Shown here one piece after another: positions 49,661 to 49,772 of a stretch of 49,772 nt of DNA. The translations under genes and the position numbers were made by a program. The stretch spans positions 5,475,719 to 5,525,490 of the forward strand of contig NC_068997.1 of assembly GCF_001194135.2 (NCBI RefSeq), in the 5' to 3' direction. Source of the stretch: Octopus bimaculoides. Its lineage: Eukaryota. Under the pieces are notes generated by a model. The model searched no databases. It was given only the letters and a program-made list of their open reading frames with translations, and had not been told where the DNA came from. Every line of letters begins with the position of its first letter. Within the stretch, counting starts at the first letter, position 1.

Positions 49661-49772
49661 TTTTTTTTACCTGTAAAAACACTGGACTAGCCAATGAAAA
49701 ATGCAAACACATACTAACAATATTCTTAACAATTAAACCTGGAAAAGTAGAGCACAAGAAAAAACTCATTAA

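Overview
AT-rich, repeat-dense eukaryotic genomic DNA from a gapped assembly with six N-runs. The SINE, RTE and microsatellite landscape points to a coleoid cephalopod, most likely Octopus (inference; no database search was run). One host gene is supported: a complete 9-coding-exon SLC22 (organic cation/anion transporter, MFS) gene on the minus strand, 39986->20133. I rebuilt it by hand from GT-AG junctions with consistent phases (1797 nt, 598 aa), including an 83-nt exon missing from the ORF track. The rest is transposon debris: a nearly full-length dead RTE LINE plus fragments, mariner/Tc1 remnants, two hAT remnants, a piggyBac relic and its MITEs with TTAA duplications, Hero-like and CRE-like retrotransposon remnants, Penelope-like ends with degenerate hammerhead-ribozyme folds, tRNA-derived SINEs and microsatellites. 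Most ORF-track entries are spurious microsatellite translations. No wholly new biological system is demonstrable. The best leads are: an atypical residue at the SLC22 TM11 charge-selectivity site (Asn, preceded by Glu, instead of Asp/Arg); a ~70-aa expansion of its cytoplasmic loop; a perfect 49-bp inverted repeat between diverged Hero-like copies in an intron; and several hammerhead-like motifs.
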